Origin: an uncultured archaeon
Lineage (GTDB): Archaea; Iainarchaeota; Iainarchaeia; Iainarchaeales; VGJJ01
NCBI GenBank assembly: GCA_964427715.1
Contig: CAYRUV010000002.1
Span: 85,663-149,662, forward strand
DNA length: 64,000 nucleotides
Reading direction: 5' to 3'
Shown here: piece after piece, positions 35,470 to 43,918 of the stretch
How positions within the stretch are numbered: position 1 is the first letter of the stretch
How the letters are laid out: each line of letters begins with the position of its first letter
Notes under the pieces: generated by a model
Told to the model about the DNA's origin: nothing
Database searches by the model: none
What the model saw: only the letters and a program-made list of their open reading frames with translations
Position numbers and translations under genes: made by a program

Positions 35470-36599
35470 GCGCCATGGATTGGGCAATGGGTCTATTTGC
35501 TCTGGTGGTGGGAGTGGGGGTTCTCTATTTCATCTTCACGCAGCCTCCCTCGGTGTCCACGGTCACGGGTCCTCCCACATTAACGATTCAAGGTCTTCCC
35601 ACCGCCTACGTGGGGGCGTCGCACACGGTCACGGTTCGGGTGACGGGGCACGGGAAGGAGGATATTCTTGTTCGGGGCGGGGGAGTTGAGCAGGTGCTTC
35701 CATGTTCCGAGTCCATTTGTTCGTATTCGCTGCCCTTCACGTTCACGGAGGAGGGTCCTCAGATTATTCACGCTGAATCGGGTTATTTGTCGGTGGATTG
35801 GAAATTGGATGTGAAGACGAAGACATCTATTTGTCTGGATGGCACCCCTGAGGGGGTGTGCAGTTCTCCTCCTCTGCGCTGCGTGAATCAATCATTGATT
35901 TCCGATTGTTCTTCCTGTGGGTGTCCGAGTGGTGAATCGTGTGTCGAGCATGCGTGCACGAAGGAACCTTTTTCATTCGCGCTCGATTTAGGGGTCCTGC
36001 CGACTCTCTACACCAGCGTCGCAGTTCCTATTCCTCTCGTCGTGACAAACACGTCGCCCGTGTCGGCGAGTGGATTATTTGTGGGTCGCGTGCAGTGGTA
36101 TGATTCCAGTTCCATCCTTTTAGGGGAGCAGTCGCTGCAGTTCCTGCTAGATGATTTTTCTTCTGGCGTGTCGGAAACATATTTCATTCCTGTCTTGCTG
36201 CCCAAGTCGGCGTCCTTTCTGAATGTCCAGTGGTTTCCTTCTGGGGGGGTGTATGATTCATCCACGCTCCTCGCCGCATTGTCTTCGTTCGAAAAAATCT
36301 CCGTGGTTGAGGACCAGAGTCCTCCTTCTCCTCCTGTGGGGTTGGATTATTCCATTGACGGATCCACGTTGATTCTCTCATGGAGCGCGAGCGTGTCGTC
36401 GGATGTGAAGGAGTACATTGTTCATCAGCAGAACGCGGCGACGGGAGGATTCACTACGTATTCGACGGTGGCCATCACACCGAACACTTCATACTCACTT
36501 ATCCTTCCGCCCGATGGAACTGCCTTCGTGTTGACGTCGCGGGATGAGGCAGGGAATGAAAGTGCTCCCACGTCGCCGATCGTCGTGAACGCCTCCTAA
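35466..36599 (+). CDS. membrane-anchored protein with Cys-rich segment and C-terminal fibronectin-III-like domain
   Basis: TM helix MGLFALVVGVGVLYFIF. A Cys cluster (CLDGTPEGVCSSPPLRCVNQSLISDCSSCGCPSGESCVEHAC) and an FN3-like end (PPSPPVGLDYSIDGSTLILSWSASVSSDVKEYIVHQQ) are present. ATGA overlap. Confidence 0.65.
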   Translation: MSAMDWAMGLFALVVGVGVLYFIFTQPPSVSTVTGPPTLTIQGLPTAYVGASHTVTVRVTGHGKEDILVRGGGVEQVLPCSESICSYSLPFTFTEEGPQIIHAESGYLSVDWKLDVKTKTSICLDGTPEGVCSSPPLRCVNQSLISDCSSCGCPSGESCVEHACTKEPFSFALDLGVLPTLYTSVAVPIPLVVTNTSPVSASGLFVGRVQWYDSSSILLGEQSLQFLLDDFSSGVSETYFIPVLLPKSASFLNVQWFPSGGVYDSSTLLAALSSFEKISVVEDQSPPSPPVGLDYSIDGSTLILSWSASVSSDVKEYIVHQQNAATGGFTTYSTVAITPNTSYSLILPPDGTAFVLTSRDEAGNESAPTSPIVVNAS

Positions 36600-36628
36600 C
36601 TTAAATAGTCGAACCCGGTGGGGGGTGC

Positions 36629-37129
36629 ATGGACTCCCGAAGCGATGCTCCCTCCCGGGGCTTTTGGAAAGGCTTGGCCCACATCCTCCATTTGCCTCCA
36701 GCCAAGGCGCCGTATTCCACGAAGGAAGTGGGGCCGGCGACCGGGTTTCGTCCCACTCCTGCGGCTCAATCACCTGTATCTTCTCCTCCGGTCGTGCGTG
36801 CGGCTCCCACTCCTGTTCCCATCTCAAAACCGGTGTCAGTTTCGAAGGCGCCGACAAAAGTAGCGTCTCCTCCCGCGACCATCTGGAAGGAGGAGCCGGC
36901 GACTCCCAACAGATTGGGTGAGGTGCCCATCATCACGGATTATGATCGCATTTTTGAATTGGTCAAGCGTCGACAGTCCATGAAATTGGATGAGATTGCG
37001 CGCGTGTTAGCCTTGAAAGAGGAGCAGGTCGCGCAGGAACTGCAGACGTTGGAAGACAATGGTCTGGTCGAGGTCAAGTATCCCGCGTTCGGGGAACCAC
37101 TAATCGTATACAAGAGGCCGGATGAGTGA
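36629..37129 (+). CDS. Pro-rich protein with C-terminal winged-helix domain
   Basis: 166 aa with a low-complexity Pro/Ala/Ser N-half and C-terminal YDRIFELVKRRQSMKLDEIARVLALKEEQVAQELQTLEDNGLVEVKY. It overlaps the ATPase gene by 8 nt. Confidence 0.6.
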   Translation: MDSRSDAPSRGFWKGLAHILHLPPAKAPYSTKEVGPATGFRPTPAAQSPVSSPPVVRAAPTPVPISKPVSVSKAPTKVASPPATIWKEEPATPNRLGEVPIITDYDRIFELVKRRQSMKLDEIARVLALKEEQVAQELQTLEDNGLVEVKYPAFGEPLIVYKRPDE

Positions 37130-38624
37130 TCGTATGGCGTTCAAGAAAGATGAATCGTATACCGTCCAATCGGACATTGCCGTAACCGTGGATATCGGGA
37201 AGGATGACGAGCAGTATGTCAAGCAGTACCTCCTGCATCTTCCCGAGTTCGGTCCGGGTACGCGAGCCATGTTGAATGATCTCAAGTCAAAGATCGTGAC
37301 GGAAGTGAACATTTCTTCCGAGAAGATGCTCGACACCAAGTTCGTGAATGATTTGAAACGAACATTTCGAGAGAAGGCGGATTCCCTCCTCACGCATTCG
37401 CTTCCTACTCTCACGAAGGAAAATCGGGACAAGCTAGTCACGGTCATGCTGAATGAGATGGCGGGACTTGGACCAATCGAATTCCTGTTGTCGGATGGAA
37501 ACCTGGAAGAAATTGTGGTGAATTCGGCCCAGGAACCCGTGTGGGTGTATCACAAGAAGCACGGGTGGTTGAAGTCCAATATTTTCATTTCACCGGAAGC
37601 CGATATTCAAAACTACGCAAGTATTATCGCGCGACGTGTGGGAAAGCAAGTCACCGTGTTGAATCCATTATTGGATGCGCACTTGGTGACGGGGGATCGT
37701 GCGAATGCCTCTTTATTTCCGATTTCATCTCGAGGAAACACCATCACTATTCGTCGTTTCCGCCGCGATCCATGGACCGTTACGGATTTCATCAACGCGG
37801 GAACATCCTCGGCTCCCCTGAGTGCGATGCTCTGGCTGGCGATGGAGTACGAATTGAACATCATGGTGTCGGGTGGAACCGGATCAGGAAAGACGACCTT
37901 GTTGAATGTCATGCTGCCCTTCATCCAGCCCAACCAGCGTGTGTTGACCATTGAAGACACGCGCGAATTGACGCTGCCGGACTTCCTGCACTGGGTCCCC
38001 ATGACGACGCGTGAACCTAACGCAGAAGGAAAGGGTGCAGTAGGGATGCTCGATTTGTTGGTGAACGCGCTCCGAATGCGACCAGACCGAATCATTGTGG
38101 GGGAAGTTCGTCGGCAGAAGGAAGCCGAAGTGATGTTTGAAGCGATGCACACGGGACATAGTGTGTATGCTACCGTGCACGCCAACACGGCCGAAGAAAC
38201 CATTCAGCGTTTGACGAGTCCGCCGATTGAAATCGCTCCTTCTTTGCTTGAAGCGGTGCACTTGAATGTGGTGATGTTTCGTAACCGTCGTTTAGGTGTG
38301 CGTCGTATTCTCCAGTTGGCCGAGTTCGTTCCTCAGAAGGCGGGGAATGAAGGAAAGATTCAGTTGAAGGCGAATATTCTTTTCCGCTGGAGGGCCCAGA
38401 CGGATTCCATCGAGAAGTACTCGGAATCCATTCGCTTGTTCGATGAGTTGGCCTTGCATACAGGATATACGGCTGGGGAATTGACGCAGAACTTATCCGA
38501 AAAAGAAAAGGTGCTCAATTGGATGGTCAAGGAGAAGCTCCGGGACATCAATCAGGTGGGGGCGGTCATGGCTGCCTACTATTCGGAGCCCGAATCCATC
38601 CTCAAGCGGGCTGGGGTCCGCTGA
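37122..38624 (+). CDS. type II/IV secretion-family ATPase (FlaI/ArlI / TadA/CpaF-like)
   Basis: Walker A SGGTGSGKTT, Asp box LTIEDTREL, Walker B PDRIIVGEVR, His box MHTGHSVYATVHA. Confidence 0.92.
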   Translation: MSDRMAFKKDESYTVQSDIAVTVDIGKDDEQYVKQYLLHLPEFGPGTRAMLNDLKSKIVTEVNISSEKMLDTKFVNDLKRTFREKADSLLTHSLPTLTKENRDKLVTVMLNEMAGLGPIEFLLSDGNLEEIVVNSAQEPVWVYHKKHGWLKSNIFISPEADIQNYASIIARRVGKQVTVLNPLLDAHLVTGDRANASLFPISSRGNTITIRRFRRDPWTVTDFINAGTSSAPLSAMLWLAMEYELNIMVSGGTGSGKTTLLNVMLPFIQPNQRVLTIEDTRELTLPDFLHWVPMTTREPNAEGKGAVGMLDLLVNALRMRPDRIIVGEVRRQKEAEVMFEAMHTGHSVYATVHANTAEETIQRLTSPPIEIAPSLLEAVHLNVVMFRNRRLGVRRILQLAEFVPQKAGNEGKIQLKANILFRWRAQTDSIEKYSESIRLFDELALHTGYTAGELTQNLSEKEKVLNWMVKEKLRDINQVGAVMAAYYSEPESILKRAGVR

Positions 38625-38639
38625 CGTGAGGCGCTCTCC

Positions 38640-39530
38640 ATGATTGCACGATTCAGCATGCCCTTGAACGTGCTGCCCATGCCGTTGCTGCGCTGGGCCA
38701 GCAAGCATTTGTTGGGATACGGGACGCAATTTGGAAAATTCATGCCACTCAAGGACATTGACATGAAGCGCGCCGAGTTGCCCGTGACGGTCAAAGAGTA
38801 TGCGACGATGAGTCTTGTTATTGTTCTCTTCTATTTTCTCTTCTTTTCACTAATTTTCTTCGTGATGGCGTTCCGTTTATTCAACCAGCTTAGTATTTTC
38901 CCCCTCGTCTTGAGTGGGATATTTTCTATTCTTGTTTTCGTGCAGCTCATCGCTTTCCCGATTATTCGTGTCAAGAAGAAGGTCCGCGAGTTGGATCGGA
39001 ATCTCGTATTCGCGCTGCGTACCATTCTGGTGCAGCTCCGCTCGGGTGTGAGTTTGTTCGAATCCATGAAGGTGGTGGCGGAAGGGAACTATGGGGCGGT
39101 GTCGCGGGAGTTCAAGAAAGCCGTGGATCAGATTTCCACGGGGACTATTCAAGAGGATGCTCTTGAACGAATCGCGGAGTACAATCCTAGCATTTATTTC
39201 CGTCGCGCATTGTGGCAAATTGTGAATGGTATGCGCGCCGGGGCGGATATTTCATTGGTGTTATCGGAGAGTGTGGACACGCTCACGGAGGCGCAATCTA
39301 TACAGATTCGAAACTATGAATCACAGATGAAAATCCTCTCACTGGTGTACATGATGTTGGGTGTAATCGTTCCGGCGTTAGGCATTACATTCCTGATTGT
39401 TTTGTCGTCGTTTCCGCAGATTAAAATCACCGACATGTACTTCTGGGTCTTGTTGGCGTTCTGTGGAGTCGCACAGTTCATGTACATGGGAATCATCAAG
39501 AGCAAGCGTCCGTCGCTGCTGGGGGATTAA
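38640..39530 (+). CDS. filament platform protein, single T2SSF domain (TadB-like half)
   Basis: Polytopic, with T2SSF-like cytoplasmic domain LRTILVQLRSGVSLFESMKVVAEGNYGAVSREFKKAVDQISTGTIQEDAL. Confidence 0.8.
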   Translation: MIARFSMPLNVLPMPLLRWASKHLLGYGTQFGKFMPLKDIDMKRAELPVTVKEYATMSLVIVLFYFLFFSLIFFVMAFRLFNQLSIFPLVLSGIFSILVFVQLIAFPIIRVKKKVRELDRNLVFALRTILVQLRSGVSLFESMKVVAEGNYGAVSREFKKAVDQISTGTIQEDALERIAEYNPSIYFRRALWQIVNGMRAGADISLVLSESVDTLTEAQSIQIRNYESQMKILSLVYMMLGVIVPALGITFLIVLSSFPQIKITDMYFWVLLAFCGVAQFMYMGIIKSKRPSLLGD

Positions 39531-39533
39531 ATT

Positions 39534-40547
39534 ATGCCCGCCCGCTCGTCTCTCCGCGCCTTGCAGGGGATTATGGATGCCTTCGAACAGCAGTTCGCCT
39601 ACCTAGGTATACGTGTGGCGTCGCGGAAGTTTTTCATCAACATGCTGATGTTCGCCCTGGTCGTGGGGGTCGTGTCCACGGTCTTCACCAGTGTAGTGCT
39701 GGGGTGGCCGTATTTTTTGGTGATGTTTGGTTTCGTGTTTGCCTTTGTGGGGACTATTGCTGGGGTGTATCTCTTTCTCGATCTGCAAGCGGAAGGGAGG
39801 GGAAAGCAGGTGGAGCGCGTGTTGCCCGATGCCTTACAATTGATTGCCAGCAACATCAAAGCCGGCCTCACCACGGAGCGTGCCATGTTGGTGAGCGCGC
39901 GTCCCGAATTTGGTCCGTTGGAAGTGGAGATGAAGCGGGTCTCGACGCGCATTCTGGCAGGTGTTCCCGTGGAGAAGGCCATCATGGAGATTCCCAAGCA
40001 CATCAAATCCACTCTTGTTGAACGGACCACATGGTTGTTGGCGCGCGGAATAAGTTCGGGCGGAGAGATTGCGGACTTGCTGATGCAATTGTCTCGAAAC
40101 CTGCGTACGCAGATTGCCTTGCAGAGCGAAGCGCACGCGTCGATTTCCATTTACGTGATTTTGATTTTCTTCTCGGCGGCGTTTGGGGGTCCGGCGCTCT
40201 ATGCGGTGTCGAGTTTCATTGTCGCCGTGATGTCGGCGCAAACGGCAGCGCAGCCTCACGTGGATTCCGCTGCTCTCGCGGGGGCGGGTTCTCGTTTTGG
40301 GGGTTTGGGTTCGTTCATCGGGGGAGAAAGTTCAATCATTTCGCCTGACTTCGTGGTGTTCTTCGCGCAGATCATGTTATTCGTAGGAGGAGTATTCGCC
40401 TCACTCATCTTAGGGGCGATTTCCACCGGAAAGGAGAAGGATGGGGTAAAGTACATCCCCGTCGTGATGCTCTGTTCGTTCGGATTATTCTATTTGATTC
40501 GTTTCGTTCTCGTCACGGCATTCGGTCCGTTGCTATTAGGGAAGTAG
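39534..40547 (+). CDS. filament platform protein, single T2SSF domain (TadC-like half)
   Basis: LPDALQLIASNIKAGLTTERAMLVSARPEFGPLEVEMKRVSTRILAGVPVEKAI plus TM segments, starting 3 nt after the previous gene. Confidence 0.8.
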   Translation: MPARSSLRALQGIMDAFEQQFAYLGIRVASRKFFINMLMFALVVGVVSTVFTSVVLGWPYFLVMFGFVFAFVGTIAGVYLFLDLQAEGRGKQVERVLPDALQLIASNIKAGLTTERAMLVSARPEFGPLEVEMKRVSTRILAGVPVEKAIMEIPKHIKSTLVERTTWLLARGISSGGEIADLLMQLSRNLRTQIALQSEAHASISIYVILIFFSAAFGGPALYAVSSFIVAVMSAQTAAQPHVDSAALAGAGSRFGGLGSFIGGESSIISPDFVVFFAQIMLFVGGVFASLILGAISTGKEKDGVKYIPVVMLCSFGLFYLIRFVLVTAFGPLLLGK

Positions 40548-40553
40548 CTCGAC

Positions 40554-40573
40554 TTTTTTTTTTAGAAAAAAAA
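40554..40573. terminator. bidirectional oligo-T terminator between convergent genes
   Basis: T10 (40554-40563), AG, then A8 (40566-73). This gives an oligo-T tract on each strand right after both convergent stops, the archaeal oligo-T termination signal. Confidence 0.6.
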
Positions 40574-40600
40574 GTTCGATCAAAAAGATTTTGTGGGTGG

Positions 40601-41323
40601 TTATACTTCAGAAAATAGTTCTTCTTTCGGCAGTACTTCCACACCTTGTGGAGTGATGCGTACGGGCCGGAGCTTGTCGCTTATTTTCGTGTCGCGCATC
40701 TTCAGTATTCCAATGGATCGGACGAATCGATTTTCGACGCGGGTGTGATAGAGTAGTACCACTCCATCTGCCACGTATTCTTCCAGCCCGTACAGTCCTT
40801 CGTGTTGTCCAGTCGAGGACTCATTGGTGATGACGGTGGTCACGTTGAGTTTTTTGAGCATCTTCCCCAAACTCAATATTCGTTTACGCGCATCGAGTTC
40901 GCGTTCAAAGTACAGGTGAAAGATAACGCCTGGGTCGATGACGAGTCTCGTGGCTTTGTTTTTGGTGACGAGATCTTCAATGCTGTCTCGGAGTTTGTCG
41001 AAATCATAGAGCTCAACGGTTTGGATAATGACTTTCCCCTTCCTCACGAGGGGTTCCAAGTCCCATCCAAAAATAGCGGCGGTTTCCATGAGCTCTTCGG
41101 GTTTTTCTTCGAGTGAGATGAAGACGCCTGTTTCATTGTGTTTCACGGCGCCGTGATAAAGGTATTGGAGGCAGAAGATGGTTTTTCCGCTTCCCGGATC
41201 GCCAGTCAGTACGACCAGGTTTCCTTTGGGGATTCCTCCCTCGATGAGTTCGTCTAGTCCAGTAATTTCCGTGGGGGTGCGTTCCACAATGGCTTGTGGG
41301 GGGAGTGGCATGATGTTCCTCAT
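40601..41323 (-). CDS. KaiC/RecA-like ATPase (ArlH/FlaH-like)
   Basis: 240 aa with GLDELIEGGIPKGNLVVLTGDPGSGKTIFCLQ (Walker A) and RLVIDPGV (Walker B-like). The start is at ATG 41323 or 41311. The ORF-track extension to 41923 overlaps the pilin gene. Confidence 0.85.
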   Translation of the reverse strand: MRNIMPLPPQAIVERTPTEITGLDELIEGGIPKGNLVVLTGDPGSGKTIFCLQYLYHGAVKHNETGVFISLEEKPEELMETAAIFGWDLEPLVRKGKVIIQTVELYDFDKLRDSIEDLVTKNKATRLVIDPGVIFHLYFERELDARKRILSLGKMLKKLNVTTVITNESSTGQHEGLYGLEEYVADGVVLLYHTRVENRFVRSIGILKMRDTKISDKLRPVRITPQGVEVLPKEELFSEV

Positions 41324-41452
41324 GCGATGCCGGGATTTATATGTGCGTATTGGGGGTGTGTCAATTGCGGATTCAAGAGGCACGTTTATATATGAAGCCA
41401 CCATTTCTGGGAAAGCCAATTGCCTTTCTTTGCAAAGGAGGAGAGCATACAT
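41324..41452. promoter_or_regulatory. divergent promoter region (KaiC-like gene / major pilin gene)
   Basis: ATTTATAT at 41335-41342 and TTTATATA at 41385-41392. An SD-like AGGAGG at 41436-41441 lies 11 nt before ATG 41453. Confidence 0.5.
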
Positions 41453-41917
41453 ATGAATTACGGAAAACGAGGACAATCGGCACTGGAATACTTGATGACT
41501 TACGGCTGGGCCTTGGTCGTTATTGTGATTGCGGTTGCTGCATTGGTTGTATTGATTAATCCGTCCACGATCCAAGGGGATCAGTGCGATGCTAAGTTCG
41601 GACCGTTCACGGTCAGTCAAAGCGATGTTAACGCGAGCGCCACTACGCTTGTGTTGGTGAATCAGACGGGACAAGCTGTCAACTTCACGTCGGCTTCGGT
41701 CGCTGGAACTACTGGTGGTAACACCACATTCGTTCCTGGCGCCACCACGGCGGGCGGTACGGGTTCGTCCATGATCGCCAACGAAACGGACAGTTTGATT
41801 GTCGACTGGGCCAACGATTTGAACTCGGGAGCCTACAGCTTGACGTACACGTTGGTGTACACGGCTGGACAGTTGTCCGGAGTCACCGCTACAGGAAGCT
41901 GCCGCGGAACGATCTAA
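41453..41917 (+). CDS. candidate major pilin with class III signal peptide
   Basis: MNYGKRGQSALEYLMTYGWALVVIVIAVAALVVL has the canonical archaeal prepilin motif KRG/QSALEYL. It is 154 aa and monocistronic, with its own TATA, SD and terminator. Confidence 0.85.
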   Translation: MNYGKRGQSALEYLMTYGWALVVIVIAVAALVVLINPSTIQGDQCDAKFGPFTVSQSDVNASATTLVLVNQTGQAVNFTSASVAGTTGGNTTFVPGATTAGGTGSSMIANETDSLIVDWANDLNSGAYSLTYTLVYTAGQLSGVTATGSCRGTI

Positions 41918-41935
41918 ATACAATAATCACGTCTG

Positions 41936-41973
41936 GGGATGCGGCGAGAGCCGCCCCCATACGCTCTTTTTTT
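41936..41973 (+). terminator. hairpin plus T7 terminator after the pilin gene
   Basis: GCGGC-GAGA-GCCGC stem-loop (41941-41954), flanked by GGGG and CCCC, then a TTTTTTT run at 41967-41973. Confidence 0.55.
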
Positions 41974-42007
41974 AACGCGAACAATCTTTCTCCACGTGGA
42001 CATTCGC

Positions 42008-42637
42008 ATGGCGGACATGAATATCGCAAAGGGCCCAGGATCCATGCTCTCGGACGAGCAGCTCCAGGAACTCCTGCGTCCGGGTAAAGAGTTTGAGGGC
42101 AAGCTTCAGGGATACCTCTCCACGTTTTCTCCCGGTACCTCCAATCTCATCATTGTGCGGGTGGGGGACTACAACGCGGCGTCTCGCGCGATTCTGAATT
42201 ATTTTCAGCGGGTCAAAACCCCCGGGGTGTATGTGACCATCAACAAGCCCTATTCGGATCTCATCAAGGGACTTTCCATTGTGCCTGAGAACGTGTGGTA
42301 TGTGGACAGCATCACTGCGCTGACTGGAAGGGGGACGCCAGACTTGCCTCGCGTGACGTATCTCGATTCTCCCCTCGCGCTAGTGGAGATGAATCTGGCC
42401 ATCGCGGATGAGTTGAAGAAGGTAGTGAGCAATGTAAAGTTTCTCGTGGTGGATTCCATCTCCACGCTGCTCGTGTATAATTCTTCTCAGTCCGTGGAAA
42501 AGTTCTGTCACACTGTTATTTCGAAGAATCGCAGCGACAGTGTGGTGGGGGTGTTTCTCATGATTGAGTCCGAGGAACATCGGGCGGTGGTGGACACGCT
42601 GGCGCAGTTCGTCGATAATGTCGTGTTCATCCGCTAA
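42008..42637 (+). CDS. degenerate KaiC/RecA-like protein lacking a P-loop
   Basis: RecA-like strand order (NLIIVRVGDYNAASRAIL...GVYVTINKPYSDL...FLVVDSISTLL...VGVFLMIESEEH...DNVVFI), but with no GxxGxGK(S/T). The start is uncertain (42008 or 42017; ORF track gives 41939). Confidence 0.5.
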   Translation: MADMNIAKGPGSMLSDEQLQELLRPGKEFEGKLQGYLSTFSPGTSNLIIVRVGDYNAASRAILNYFQRVKTPGVYVTINKPYSDLIKGLSIVPENVWYVDSITALTGRGTPDLPRVTYLDSPLALVEMNLAIADELKKVVSNVKFLVVDSISTLLVYNSSQSVEKFCHTVISKNRSDSVVGVFLMIESEEHRAVVDTLAQFVDNVVFIR

Positions 42638-42649
42638 CGTCAAATCATT

Positions 42650-43792
42650 TCATTCAGGCCGTCGGATTCGGATGCCTAAGTTGTTCTGGCATACCTCGTC
42701 GGTTTCTTTGGCCAGCCGTTCAACGAGGCGGCGTTTCTCTTCATATTGTTGATCCACCGTTTCGCCGAGCGTTTGCACTTCATTCATTTTGCGCTGAACG
42801 ACCCGTTCTTCGGTTTCAATTTGGGTGAGCAGATGGTGGAGGGGGTGGGCGTAGTATTCTCGCAGGTTGGCTTCGATGGCCTGGTCCAATTCGAATGTGC
42901 GTTCGAAGAATGCGGAGAAGGATGGATTTTGGATGGTTTCCAAGAGTTGTTCGCGGGCCATTTCTCGCTCTTCTTCGTGGAAGACTTTTTTCTCTTCAAT
43001 GGCATCCACGGAAAGGCGGAGGAGCATGAGGAATCCCGCTCCCCTCGGGTCTTTCATTCGCGCGGACACTGGATTCGCGAGGTACAATTGGAGCATGCGC
43101 AGCTGGGCGTTCTCTAATCGTTCGAATGTTTTGGATTTTTCCAACAGGCGATTGAAGATGGGTTCGACTTTCTGCCAGTTTGCTGTCCACTGCTCCAATA
43201 TCGCGCGCTTCTCGGCCATGAGTTCTTCTCTCGACTCTTCCAGTCGCGTCAGGGTCGCGAATCCTGGTTGCGATTGAGCATCGGCTTTCTCCAGGTGGAT
43301 GCGCTGGAGGTCGTGCTGGAGTCGCGTGTACTCTTTCACGCACTCCTCCCGTTCGTGCTGGACCGCGCGCACATTCGCATACTCTTCGATGAGCAGTCCG
43401 AGTGCTCGATATGGTTTCATCGCGGGGTGCTTCGAGAGATTTTGCACCACGATGCGTCTCACATCGGCGAGGGTGTCTTCAAGTTCGGCCATCCACTGCA
43501 TCACCGCGGGGTCGCGTGCACGCGGGGTGAATGGGGCGAGGTGTTGGGTAAAATACTCATGGGTGTTGAGGGCATATTCCAGAATCATCTCGTCCGACAT
43601 GGGTGGGGTCATTTGTTTCAGGTGGGCCATCCACTCGGGGGTGCGATGGATGGTGTCTTCTTTTTGGAGCTGATTCAGGACGTGGCGCACTTGGGAGAGG
43701 CGCATGCCCACAATCTTGATGACGCGTTCGCGGTCCTTGTCTAGTTTTTGTTCGGCGAGTGCGCGCGCCTCTGAAATATCAAGTGATTCCAT
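42650..43792 (-). CDS. helical/coiled-coil hypothetical protein (380 aa)
   Basis: Long ORF with Glu/Arg/Leu-rich heptad-like composition and no TM segment or recognisable motif. Confidence 0.6.
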   Translation of the reverse strand: MESLDISEARALAEQKLDKDRERVIKIVGMRLSQVRHVLNQLQKEDTIHRTPEWMAHLKQMTPPMSDEMILEYALNTHEYFTQHLAPFTPRARDPAVMQWMAELEDTLADVRRIVVQNLSKHPAMKPYRALGLLIEEYANVRAVQHEREECVKEYTRLQHDLQRIHLEKADAQSQPGFATLTRLEESREELMAEKRAILEQWTANWQKVEPIFNRLLEKSKTFERLENAQLRMLQLYLANPVSARMKDPRGAGFLMLLRLSVDAIEEKKVFHEEEREMAREQLLETIQNPSFSAFFERTFELDQAIEANLREYYAHPLHHLLTQIETEERVVQRKMNEVQTLGETVDQQYEEKRRLVERLAKETDEVCQNNLGIRIRRPE

Positions 43793-43882
43793 GGTCCAAA
43801 CCCGCTTGATTCTACTAATTCGGTCTTCTTAAATCAGACAAATATTCGTTTCCAGGTTGTAGGCGGGTCAAAAACCGTTTCA

Positions 43883-43890
43883 TTTATATA
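43883..43890 (+). promoter_or_regulatory. TATA box of module copy 3
   Basis: TTTATATA ends about 29 nt upstream of ATG 43919. Confidence 0.45.
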
Positions 43891-43918
43891 GGACGAATTG
43901 TTCCCAAAGTTGGTTGGT

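Noticed and set aside
27662-41917. Interpretation of the locus as an archaellum (motility) operon, because of the FlaI-like ATPase plus a KaiC/ArlH-like gene.
   Set aside because: I saw no recognisable ArlC/D/E, ArlF/G or ArlX. The platform is split. The major subunit has a PF04021-type pilin N-terminus (GQSALEYL) rather than an archaellin-like one. The accessory proteins are adhesin-like (VWA, propeller, FN3, LTD).
41324-41923. A 200-aa N-terminal extension of the KaiC-like ORF (the 440-aa ORF in the track).
   Set aside because: It is antisense to the well-supported pilin gene and its promoter. The KaiC domain is complete from ATG 41323 or 41311, and the extension is low-complexity Arg/Ser-rich.
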